Assembly: GCA_964247055.1 (NCBI GenBank) | Contig: OZ176060.1 | Span: forward strand, 1,426,001 to 1,490,000 | Direction: 5' to 3' | Source: Paragordius varius | Lineage: Eukaryota; Animalia; Nematomorpha | DNA: 64,000 nt | Shown here: positions 56,201-63,639 of the stretch, piece by piece | How the letters are laid out: the number at the start of each line of letters is the position of its first letter | Position numbering within the stretch: position 1 is the first letter of the stretch | The notes under the pieces: model-generated | What the model was told of the DNA's origin: nothing | Databases searched by the model: none | What the model saw: only the letters and a program-made list of their open reading frames with translations | Made by a program: the position numbers and the translations under genes

Positions 56201-59200
56201 AATTACTACATATTTTGGACATTTAAATAAATACAGTTAAAAATTCCGGTTTTTAATAAATTTAGTATATTTTTAATCTTTGTTCTTGCTAATTGTTATT
56301 ACTATATATTGTTGATACATTAATATATACAGGTAAATTACTATGGTTTGCGGTTTTTATTTTTACCTGTATGCTTAGATGTTAATTATATCTAAAATAT
56401 TAGTTTTCAATGTAACAAAAAAAATAATTTATTTAAAAATTTAAAAAACCGCAAATCCCAGTAATTTTTACCTGATATATCAACAAAATATATAGTAAAT
56501 GATAAATTAGCAAGGTTGAGAAATGAATTAAAAAATTTTACTAATTTATTAAAAACCGCAACTGTATTTATAGGTCCAAAATATGTAGTTAATTTAAGTT
56601 AACAATGTTAAAAAAACCAAAAAATTAAAATTTTACTAAAATTATTAAAAACCGCAATTATCTTATTTATTAAAATGTCCAAAATATGCAGTAATTAATA
56701 TTTACGATGTTAAATAAAAAAACAAAAAAAACCAAGTTAATTTATTAAAACTCCAATTTTTACCTGTTTTTATTAAAATGTCCAAATATTTAATAATTAA
56801 TTACAATTAACAACGTTAAATAAAACAAAAAATTTAAAATTTGACTAAATTTATTAAACACCACAATATTTTATTTATTAAAATGTCCAAAATACTCAAA
56901 AATTTTATATAATTAACAATGCAAAACATAAAAAACTAAATAAAATCTACATAAATTTTCTTAAACCTATATAATTTTACCTGTGTTTTAAATTAATAAT
57001 CAAACTATATAAAATAATATAAATAACAATTTTGCATAATACAGGTATTTATCAATAAAAAATATTTATGATTAAATTTAATTAAGAATAATTAACACAA
57101 ATAATCTTAAAATACCTATTTGACTATTTATTAATTAATAAAGAAAACCCACTTCCGCATCTAAATACCTAACATATTTAATTGTTAACATAATTTGCTA
57201 TAATATGCAAAATTTAACATTACAAAATATCCATTAAATTAAGCCTGTTAATTCTCACGTTAATCCTATTTCATATGTGCAGTACTAAATAATTTTGTGG
57301 AGCAGTATTTTACGCATTTAAACCATTTTTTTATTTAATTGGCAATAAAATTATTTAACATACAATAAAATGCATAGATGCCATTAATCAGTTGGATAAA
57401 AATTGAATCTTTTATTTTATTCATATTTGCACAATTGATGTTAAATTATATTTTCACATAGATTTGCTCGCAAATGTGTTTACCAAATTTTGAAACGTGG
57501 AGTTGTGCTTGTTTCCCCGGTTTTTTTTTATCTGATGATAATACCACATGTTGTAGTTTGGAAACCGGTATTTGTGTTTGTAACGACTTAACAATCAAAT
57601 CATCAGATAAAAAAAATTGTTTTCCTGACGAATGTCAAAAGCATAATTGTTCTTATTCTTGTACCACTAGTATAATTGATGGGACCGCCTCCTGCTCATG
57701 TCCCGATCTCTTTAGATTAGATGTTGCAGATAATAAAACTTGTTTTGAGGTTGGTATTTTATAAATATTTAGGATCCGTGCTTATTGCGGAATGGAGGAT
57801 GTCAACAAATATGTTCTGTAGGTATTAAACATCTAATATTTAGACATGTTTCGGAACATTATATGCACCTGTTTTTCAGGCTTTCTTCTCAACACTGATA
57901 GGTAAATTCTAATTATGAATATCGCTTTTTATTTATTCACATAAATATTTTTATACACAAATATAAACTATTTTTATAACACTTCGATTCAAATTCCCAA
58001 CTGGCTAGCTCAGGCAAGCAAGCGACCCCAATATAAATTTGCTAAAATAAATATTGAACCACGCTAAAATGAGATAAATTTTTGTTTTAAAAGGTTTCAT
58101 ACCCTATCTTGTTGCATTTTTAATTAAATCTTTTCAAAAATGAACGACTAATATTTAAATTTTTCTTTTAGTTGAGCATGATTAAATATAAGGAAGTGGT
58201 AGCAATATTTTTTATATAAGCTCATTCATTCATTTTTCAATTTTGTCAGTTTAAAAAATTCATAACATAATTAATTAATTCTGAAAGCTTTAATTTATTA
58301 AATTTCATAAAATATTTGATTATTCATGCCACTGGTCCACCCCTATTTGGATTGAATGAGATAACATGACTTGTTTTCAAGTGTCAAATCACTATTAAAT
58401 AATAAACGTTTCTTTACCATTCAGTTGGTAAATCGCGAAATACGTGTGAACTCACAGAATGACAATTTAGATTATATGTAAAAATTGGTTTAGCTTTGTA
58501 ATGCACACAAGGGGCCCGCAACATTTTGGCCCATATCGAAATAGCGTGCCTTTGGGGCTAAATTTCAGAAAACCCATCAGGCCATATGAGTTTAATAGCT
58601 GCTTAAAGTATTACCCGTAACAAGGCAAAAATTTAAGTCGTGTGGTTTTTTTTAAATTAGCCGTTTATTAGGCCCTTCACGACCTGAAAAACGCGCCACC
58701 ATAGAATTTTTTAATTTTAAGGCAATTTTTCCAAAAACTATTGAGAGCATATAGAATCAATCATGATTCCAGGTAATAACTGTAAAATGGCAAATTTTTT
58801 TATCAGGCGCTTTTTTTGTATCAGCTTCTGGGTAGGGAGCTACCCGCCAAAAACTGCGCCACTATATAGAAATTACGTTGTTTTGGAACTAATTTAAAGA
58901 AAACCTATCAGGCGAGTTCAATAGGGGCTTAAAATATTACCCGTAACAAGGCAAAAATTTAGGCTGTGCGGTTTTTTAAAATTGCTATTATGTATGCTAT
59001 TTGGAAATAATGACTTTCTAGCAATGTATACTTATTCATACTGTGCTATCTAATATTTATAAAAATGGAAAGTGGTGGCTTTGTGATCTGTTTCCGGAAA
59101 ACCGGTAGACCCATTCTAATCCAAATGTCGAAAAAATATAATCATAAATGAATGCATACGAGTTCAATAAAGGCACCCATAAAAAGAAGTTATAGTATAG

Positions 59201-61586
59201 CAGTTTTATCCGTTAGCCATCGATTTGGGGCTTTACACCAATAACAATTTAGTATGAATGCACCGTTTAGATAATCCTAGGGGATCGTAGCTATTAAATA
59301 ATGTTTCAAAATAATTCACATATATGGATCATTTTAATCCCTTTTTTCGACAAGCCCCCCGAGATTTACGCTAGTAACGTATAAAAATGCATGTGAAATT
59401 GCAATCATTAAATTCAAAAATTTATGTTAAAATGCCTTCTATTTTATATTAACAGAATTGATATAAAGTGAATATCTGGTTTTAAATAAATTTAAATTTA
59501 CAGTTGGCATTTATGTGGGCCAATTCACATTGCCCAATTTTCAACACAGTAGCATATGGATAAAAAACAACAAATAATTAAAATTAGGGTTTGGACACAA
59601 CACATTTATTCAGTCCTTTTATTCGAATTGGGGTAATAAGTGATCCACCTGTTAAAAATTATTTTTTTAAAAAATGGGTTATTAAAAACATTGCAAAAGT
59701 TTGCACTATTAAATTGATGAACCAAAATTATAAGCAGAAAATACGTGGCTTTTACCTTGCCCAACAGATCCATCACCACCAAAAACAAATTGCTTCAGCC
59801 AGAGGACCATGCACTATTTCTGCGGGATCATAGTGGCATTGTGCATTATAAACTTTTGGGTTAAATTGTTATTACACAATTCACTGACATAAAAATTATT
59901 GCAGATCATACTTTAATCGAAAAACAACTAAAATCGTCTAAAAAGGATGGCAGTGATTTTGCTGCATGACAATGCTCGTTTCACACAGAAAAACTAGCGA
60001 AGGTTTAACTGCTCTATGGGTAATTCTCTCGCACTCGCTGAATTTCCCTGACCTAGCGACCCCCTTCTTATTGAACTTCTTATCAATGGGACCAAAAAAT
60101 ATATCGACTTAATTTAAACCGCAAAACTATATCCATATTAATTCTAGATGTTAGGCTTAAAAATCGAACATTCACTATAAAATATGCTAGTATACTTCAT
60201 TAACGCATAAACGAGATAATAAGAATTTTTCGGACATTGAAAAATAATCATTTAAAAACATATAATATTCTTTATAACTTAAATTTTGAAAAAAACTAAA
60301 GTTATTTATAATATTTTAAAGTAAAAGTATTGTTGGAGTATTATTAGAAGAACACTATAAATCAATCAAAAATTACGTGACCAACGCAAATGTAGTTACT
60401 CCATACCGACCCCGGTAATTACTTATTTTAGAGCAAAACTTTTTGAATAGGAAAATAGCTGTTGCCACAAACGGATAATCATTTTAACTGGTTGTTACAT
60501 TGTGTATTTCATCGAAAAGATTTTTCAAATAACCATTGAGTTTGAATGCGAGTGTTGGGATTTCATGGTTAAATAAGATTGGATCACATATATTGTAAGG
60601 TCGTTTGGTTAATGGTGGTTAATGATCGCAGTTGTGTTCAAATAAAGATTATATGGGGTCAAAAGGTATAGTTAAATTGATCATTAGATAGGTCACCAAC
60701 GTTTCAAGAAAATATACAACCGTGGTTTCATTCTAAAAACCACCTATTCCTAATTTTAAAATAAAATCACTCTGCTTCTATTTTTTAAATTTCAATTACT
60801 ACGGCCCTCGCCCAACTGTTGGAAATTATCCTGGTTCCGATTTATTTGTGACTGATTTAAAAAAGGCGATGCTTAAACTAAATTTTTTAATTTTAGGAAA
60901 AGTTGTTACATAGATCATTGTGTAGAGAATAAAAATGGCTGTGCTCACTTTTGTAAGACGGTTAATAACCAAGGTGTGTGCAATTGTGATACAACAAACA
61001 ATTGGTTTGTCGCAAAAGATGATTTAAAAAAATGCTGTAAAGCGTCTTCCACGGGATTAACTTGCGATTGTAATAATGAAACATCAATTCTATCATATGA
61101 TAAAAATAAATGTTGGCCCAATGTTTGCAAATATCCGACTGTAAATGGAGGGTGTCAACATATCTGTGAGATAGATATCAATAATGGTGATAAAATATGC
61201 AAATGTCGTTCCGGATTTATTTTAAATTTAGATACATATACATGTAGTTGCAAAAAGGGATTTACTGGCTATGATTGTAATATAGGTATATTTTTAAATT
61301 TTATATTTAGATAAAAACGAATGCCTCTCTGTGGCCGATAATAATTGTGATCCAATAAGAGCAGATTGTGTCAATACTTTCGGAGATTATTATTGCAAAT
61401 GTAAACCAGGATATAGAAAATTTGAAAAATTTTGTAAAGGTAGTTTAATATTTACTTATACAGACATTGACGAATGTGCTAAAATTACTTGTAAGCCATC
61501 TGAATATTGTCAGAATTATGAGGGGGGATACCGAGATTGCACTTGTGAAGCGGGATATTTCAAAAACGTAGGGAAATGTACAAGGG
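1..61586 (+). CDS. Giant multi-exon extracellular lectin/EGF protein (tandem F-type-lectin/discoidin-like domains + WSC-like + long EGF stalk + cbEGF); partial at both ends
   Basis: About 34 exons joined at GT-AG sites with matching phases give a continuous stop-free frame of about 2,736 codons. Each long-intron junction rebuilds a motif: YKDIK|ECGYC, GCI|ECYCP, CDT|GYMLS, SNK|KSCC, ENK|GVKCNC, ERN|GCTSLC, NPCK|INNGDC, ENN|GGCEYRC, ETK|ICSQMC, NTD|RKSC. The last donor, GTTAGT at 61587, is phase 1. Confidence 0.92.
5056..5483 (+). CDS. Exon cluster 2: fifth discoidin/F-lectin-like domain
   Basis: Exons 5056-5232 and 5259-5483 (26-nt intron). DNMAYKQTVTCSSG..NLNDGDF..IIIHLDEIKLINSVAM..C..FSCNKQITAKYLTV..LKIYEF. 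Confidence 0.85.
6945..7379. mobile_element. piggyBac-like MITE, copy 1
   Basis: Starts (T)TTA-CACTTCGATTCAAATTGGGGTA and ends TACCCCAATTTGAATAGAAGGACTAAAATGAATGTGTTGTATCCAATG-TTAA. Opposite orientation to the copy at 50783-51353. Confidence 0.65.
7850..10130 (+). pseudogene. Degenerate RTE-clade non-LTR retrotransposon (RT plus PHD-like Zn finger)
   Basis: Interrupted frames: KIPHDWNK..IYKNKGN; GLHQGSVLSPLLFIIILD..PPWELIFADDIV..GLKININKT; then C-x2-C..LWIHKQC..FKCNNC at about 9420-9570. Confidence 0.85.
11170..11659 (+). CDS. Exon: first EGF-like modules
   Basis: Phase-1 acceptor at 11169 and phase-2 donor at 11660. ECGYCSQKC..CIC, DPCELLACTYKC..CICPKNHRLLNGKC, NPCNDSTCMNSLC. Possible hidden 21-nt intron 11401-11421. 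Confidence 0.88.
12050..13620 (-). pseudogene. Degenerate non-LTR retrotransposon RT (clade uncertain)
   Basis: Minus-strand KAFDSI, a decayed QG..SP..F..ISDV block, and IIPTLLYGCESW downstream. Many stops and frameshifts. Confidence 0.75.
13651..14812. mobile_element. Non-autonomous DNA transposon with CACAGTGTAC termini and long imperfect inverted arms (family E)
   Basis: CACAGTGTAC at 13651 and GTACACTGTG ending at 14812, with about 250 bp of imperfect inverted arms inside. No TSD seen (ACTAG vs GAATG). Confidence 0.7.
15060..15400 (+). pseudogene. RTE-like LINE 3' fragment
   Basis: Decayed TYVGAENA and ENMLRMCKDG, resembling the TYGAETW / EMKMLRW block. Confidence 0.45.
15501..16380 (+). 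mobile_element. Non-autonomous Helitron-like element (family D)
   Basis: Reverse-complement match to 46484-47476. A|TC AT-rich start. A candidate 3' end, CAGGGCCAGCTAG|T, lies further on at 16740 and may belong to another element. Confidence 0.6.
17239..17286. repeat. (TA)24 microsatellite
   Basis: Direct reading. Confidence 0.97.
17482..18316 (+). CDS. Exon cluster: EGF-like modules
   Basis: Exons 17482-17960, 17989-18144, 18170-18316. DICFINNGKCSHIC..CLCPLGMQLSNDFITC; DLCNYPQRHICEHKC..CSCDTG. Confidence 0.85.
18900..20702 (-). pseudogene. Degenerate hAT (Buster/GTF2IRD2-like) transposase
   Basis: Minus-strand fragments: MTSNAKKRKL, NAVTCIC (BED-like), FTDS*LIKC, LSDSTCARRIEDMS, AIDSNTDISSTPQCALFVR, CTDGYPSIIG..FHCFI, HTSMRWL. 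Confidence 0.8.
20761..21860. mobile_element. CACTA/CMC-type MITE (family A), left TIR truncated
   Basis: Collinear with 27095-28218. Ends AAATTTGTTGTCCAGTG. Confidence 0.85.
23180..23720 (-). pseudogene. RTE LINE 3' end fragment with (AATG)-like tail
   Basis: Minus-strand AIRPVLTYGSELW, IRNLRLQWAGHVERR and GRP, followed by AATGAATGAAGGAATGAAT. Confidence 0.75.
23820..24500. repeat. Unclassified dispersed repeat (family F)
   Basis: Pieces recur at about 61720-61830 (inverted), 62100-62270 (direct) and 48740-48830 (inverted). Confidence 0.55.
24677..25427 (+). CDS. Exon: EGF-like modules
   Basis: 751-nt exon, phase 1 in and phase 2 out. DPCYINNGGCQHIC..CECHAGYSLDINGKSC; NPCLIENGGCPQDC. Confidence 0.92.
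26795..28895. mobile_element. Family E element interrupted by a nested CACTA MITE
   Basis: Arms homologous to 13651-14812. Right end ..GTACTATGTG at 28895. A decayed left-arm copy also lies at about 26250-26560. Confidence 0.7.
27095..28218. mobile_element. CACTA/CMC-type MITE (family A), intact
   Basis: 17-bp TIR CACTAGACAACAAATTT / AAATTTGTTGTCTAGTG with AAA on both flanks. The empty site is visible in the paralogous element at about 13975. Confidence 0.92.
31024..31692 (+). CDS. Exon cluster: EGF-like modules
   Basis: Exons 31024-31147, 31171-31353, 31377-31692 (two 23-nt introns). DVCQVDNGGCGQ|ICRV..; ECAIQNHPCSQIC..CSCINGFVLQNDNKSCC. Confidence 0.88.
33249..33866. mobile_element. MITE with inverted arms built of 21-bp palindromic subrepeats (family C)
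   Basis: The arms are reverse complements. Unit CCAACTTGAAGTGTTCAAGGA is repeated 4-5 times at 33749-33844 and contains the CTTGAA/TTCAAG stem. Confidence 0.8.
34021..34489 (+). CDS. Exon cluster: EGF-like/Cys-rich modules
   Basis: Exons 34021-34209 and 34233-34489 (23-nt intron). VKCNCDSGFNLHQDGRSCC. Confidence 0.88.
36675..38335 (+). CDS. Exon cluster: EGF-like modules
   Basis: Exons 36675-36992, 37112-37490, 37513-38145, 38171-38335 (introns of 119, 22 and 25 nt). Probable hidden 24-nt intron 37750-37773. Confidence 0.9.
38367..38621. mobile_element. hAT-Buster/Charlie-type MITE
   Basis: Ends CAGGGATCTAAC..GGGCCGCA and GCGGGTCGCCTGTTGGACACCCCTG. The 8-bp flanks GTCTAAAT / GGCTAAAC match 6/8 with a central TA. 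Starts 31 nt after the donor at 38336. Confidence 0.75.
39004..39500. mobile_element. Family C MITE copy, opposite orientation to 33249-33866
   Basis: Interior is the reverse complement of the 33249 copy; decayed 21-bp subrepeats. Confidence 0.7.
39510..39830 (-). pseudogene. RTE-like LINE 3' fragment
   Basis: Minus-strand ..ENRVGRPAIAYDNNINQDL. Confidence 0.4.
40312..41122. mobile_element. Family C MITE copy with nested insertions, including a piggyBac-like MITE end at about 40690-40833
   Basis: 21-bp subrepeats at 40330-40440. Insert ends TACCCCAATTTTAATCGAAGTA-TTAA. Family C sequence resumes to ..GGACCAACTTG at 41122. Confidence 0.65.
44104..44237 (+). CDS. Isolated 134-nt EGF exon
   Basis: GGCEYRCFLDLETGYKKCLCPENKILARNGLKCIIDPC. 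Phase-1 acceptor at 44103 and phase-0 donor at 44238. Not in the ORF track. Confidence 0.88.
44580..44980. repeat. Family G repeat, copy 1 (direct)
   Basis: Homologous to 47543-47830 (inverted) and 48355-48760 (direct). Confidence 0.8.
45039..46088. mobile_element. CACTA/CMC-type MITE (family A), intact
   Basis: CACTAGACAACAATTTT .. AAAATTTGTTGTCCAGTG with a 3-bp TSD ATA/ATA. Confidence 0.92.
46484..47476 (-). mobile_element. Non-autonomous Helitron-like element (family D) with both termini
   Basis: Minus strand: A|TCTACACATTTATAAAAAATGG .. CGGGCTGCGTAGCACGAGATTTACGCTAG|T, with a subterminal GC-rich stem and no TSD. Confidence 0.75.
47543..48620. repeat. Family G inverted repeat pair (about 280-bp arms, about 520-bp loop)
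   Basis: 47580-47830 is the near-perfect reverse complement of 48355-48600. Confidence 0.85.
49430..50330 (-). pseudogene. Degenerate Tc1/IS630-type DDE transposase containing 22-nt spliceosomal introns
   Basis: YLDESGF, GKNVSLLCMIG, CDNAPIH, LPPYSPQLNPIE. Introns at 49715-49736 and probably 50107-50128. Frameshift near 49950 and later disruptions. Confidence 0.85.
50527..50745. mobile_element. Partial piggyBac-like MITE, inverted relative to the adjacent full copy
   Basis: TTAA-CACTTCGATTTAAATT start; reverse complement of about 51110-51353. Confidence 0.65.
50783..51353. mobile_element. piggyBac-like MITE, intact, TTAA on both sides
   Basis: TTAA-CACTT-(25 nt)-CGATTCAAATTGGGGTA .. TACCCCAATTTGAATCG-AAGTG-TTAA. 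Confidence 0.8.
53130..53750 (+). pseudogene. Degenerate mariner transposase
   Basis: QVQELLDKDLTHT (cf. Mos1 ELQALLDEDDAQT), KNMLCVWRDQ (cf. K.MLCVWWDQ), LKRALLEKRPELARKHGK. Confidence 0.75.
53883..54890. mobile_element. CACTA/CMC-type MITE (family A), older copy with right TIR lost
   Basis: Starts CACTAGACAAAATTTT; collinear with the other copies but more diverged. Confidence 0.8.
55488..57374. mobile_element. 1.9-kb foldback-type palindrome with internal 110-120-bp tandem subrepeats
   Basis: Arms 55488-56358 and 56445-57374 are reverse complements around an approximately 85-bp spacer, with TA on both flanks. Related subrepeats occur at about 62890-63570. Confidence 0.85.
57462..57901 (+). 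CDS. Exon cluster: EGF-like modules
   Basis: Exons 57462-57749, 57773-57821, 57844-57901 (23- and 22-nt introns). DPCLLRNGGCQQICSV|DMFRNIICTCFSGF. Confidence 0.88.
58510..58990 (+). repeat. Family D (Helitron-like) internal fragment with an approximately 330-bp direct duplication
   Basis: GAAAACC(C/T)ATCAGGC..TATTACCCGTAACAAGGCAAAAATTT occurs at about 58570 and 58900. Confidence 0.65.
59049..59374 (+). mobile_element. Short Helitron-like derivative (family D) with both termini
   Basis: A|TCTAATATTTATAAAAATGG .. CGAGATTTACGCTAG|T; same terminal sequences as 46484-47476. Confidence 0.7.
59690..60080 (+). pseudogene. Degenerate mariner transposase (catalytic half)
   Basis: RDHSGIVHYKLL, VILLHDNAR, and SHSLNFPDLA (cf. 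HPPYSPDLAP). Confidence 0.75.
60897..61586 (+). CDS. Exon cluster: EGF and calcium-binding EGF modules
   Basis: Exons 60897-61285, 61311-61439, 61464-61586. DKNEC..CVNTFGDYYCKC and DIDEC..CQNYEGGYRDCTC match the cbEGF consensus D-x-D/N-E-C and C-x-N-x-x-G-x-Y/F-x-C. Confidence 0.9.
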
Positions 61587-63639
61587 GTTAGTGTTTTATA
61601 TCATTTATTATTAAATATAAATATATGAAATTTAGTAGATTCGATATAACATAAAATCTACTAATGTAAAAGAGCTGCTAATATGGTAAGGATTTAATAG
61701 GGTATATATATCATTTACAATCCAAACCTAATATTTTTACTGGGATTGTACGGATTTTGGGTTGATATTCCACAACTTGTAAATCCTATTTTGATTATAT
61801 AATTTATAAATGCCACTCATATAAGATTGCAAAAAAACAACAGTATACATTTTTTATTCACTCACAAACCAGATGACAGAAAAATAAAAAAAATAAATAT
61901 CTTTTAGTTTTATTTTGATATATGAGTTTTTTTAATGTATAAATTATCAATGTTATGATTTAATAGTGATTTGCTACTTTTAAACTGAGATTATATACAA
62001 TACCTAACTATATGATTTTTGGATATTAATATATTGAAAATATCTCTTAAAATATTAAACCATATCTCAACTTTTATAATTATTTTTGAATTATCCTTAA
62101 TTTTAACTTTTTGCCCGATTTCGATTTTCTCTTAATATTTTAAAAACTATGTCAACAAAATCAAAGTTTTTGGGACAAATAAATTCGCTGGTCATATATC
62201 TCATAAATTAACCTTTTTTCGCATACAGTGTTATAAATTCTTTTTCCACGCAATTCGATGCAGAAAAAAGATTTATCAAATTTATTCTAAATTTAGGGAG
62301 CTGCTACTAAAAGCCAAAATGGCCCTTAAAATATATCAAGAATTTCGAGAATTCCCTAAATCAAAAATTTGAGATTATAGATCTTTTTTTCAAGAAAAAA
62401 GTATTTATAACATATATATTGGATATTTTGTAAAAATTATCCATAGCTTCCGCTTTGGTGCAAATCATCGTAAAATTTTCTTTTTTATATAAGCTTTAAT
62501 TTTTTAAAGAATACATTAGATTATCACTATATATAGAGTTAATATATGATGTTCTTAAAATTAAAAGCTATTACCTCATATTAACAAGTTTTTATGATTC
62601 AATTTTAACGCCAAATTAAGATTTACTTATAATCTTGAAATCTTTGTGGGACTCTGGAAAAAATGTAAAGGTTTTCTTGATATTGCGTTTACATATGCTA
62701 TATTAAAACAAATAAAATTTATTTGACACGTTTTTATCTATTGCATTAATTTTCTTTGGCCTAATATGGGATAAAAATGCGATTTTTTATTTTTGTAAAT
62801 TACAAAAAATTTGAATAACATAGTATTTAAACCGCATATATCATTTCTATATTTCATTATGGAGCTTTGAATGATATATTTTTTTGTTGCGCACCGTGGT
62901 AAAAAAAAATAAATATAAAATCTACATAAATGTTATCATACCACTACCGGTATTTATAAATATGTTAAAAGTATTTATTAGTTAATTAATTAATGTAAAA
63001 CAAATACTACATAAATGCTTAAAAACCTTAATATTACCCATTTATTGGTTTATGACTTCTAAATAAAATTGAACAGCTTCAAAACACGATTGAAACGAAT
63101 AACTTATATTAAAATCAAAATATAAGTTTTTGTTATTCAAATGTAGCCTGGAAGCAAATTCATTACATTTTTTAACCAAAATAATTTGTTTGCCCGTTGC
63201 ATCAGCGATTTATTTATAGAAAAAAGTGGTGGCAAAAAAGTTTGAGATGAGGATTTTTTAACTATTTTACATTTGTATAATGCGCCTAAAAGGCTAAAGT
63301 AAGCATATTTTCAAATTCGGCTTAATACTCTAACTTTTTAGGATATAATTTCAAATCGGTCTGTGATATAAAACTACCCCAAATGTAATGGAGTGTTATA
63401 ATTGATATTGTAACAAAAATATATAAAAACTACATAAATGCTCACAAACCGTAATGTTTTTACCTGTTTTTATTAATATGTTAAAATATTTATTAGTTAA
63501 TAATAATTAACAATGTAAAACAAAAAATATAAAATATACATATATATCACAACCTTTATTTTACCTGTCCTTATCAAAAAATTTTTTATTCTGCTTTCTA
63601 AAAACTAATTCTTTTTATTAAAAAAAGAGCTCTTTCTAT

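Noticed and set aside
1-61586. Ciliate origin (Paramecium-like 20-30-nt introns) with TAA/TAG read as Gln
   Set aside because: About 2,700 codons assemble with no in-frame TAA/TAG, Gln is coded by CAA/CAG, and the introns are full of transposons, unlike a macronuclear genome.
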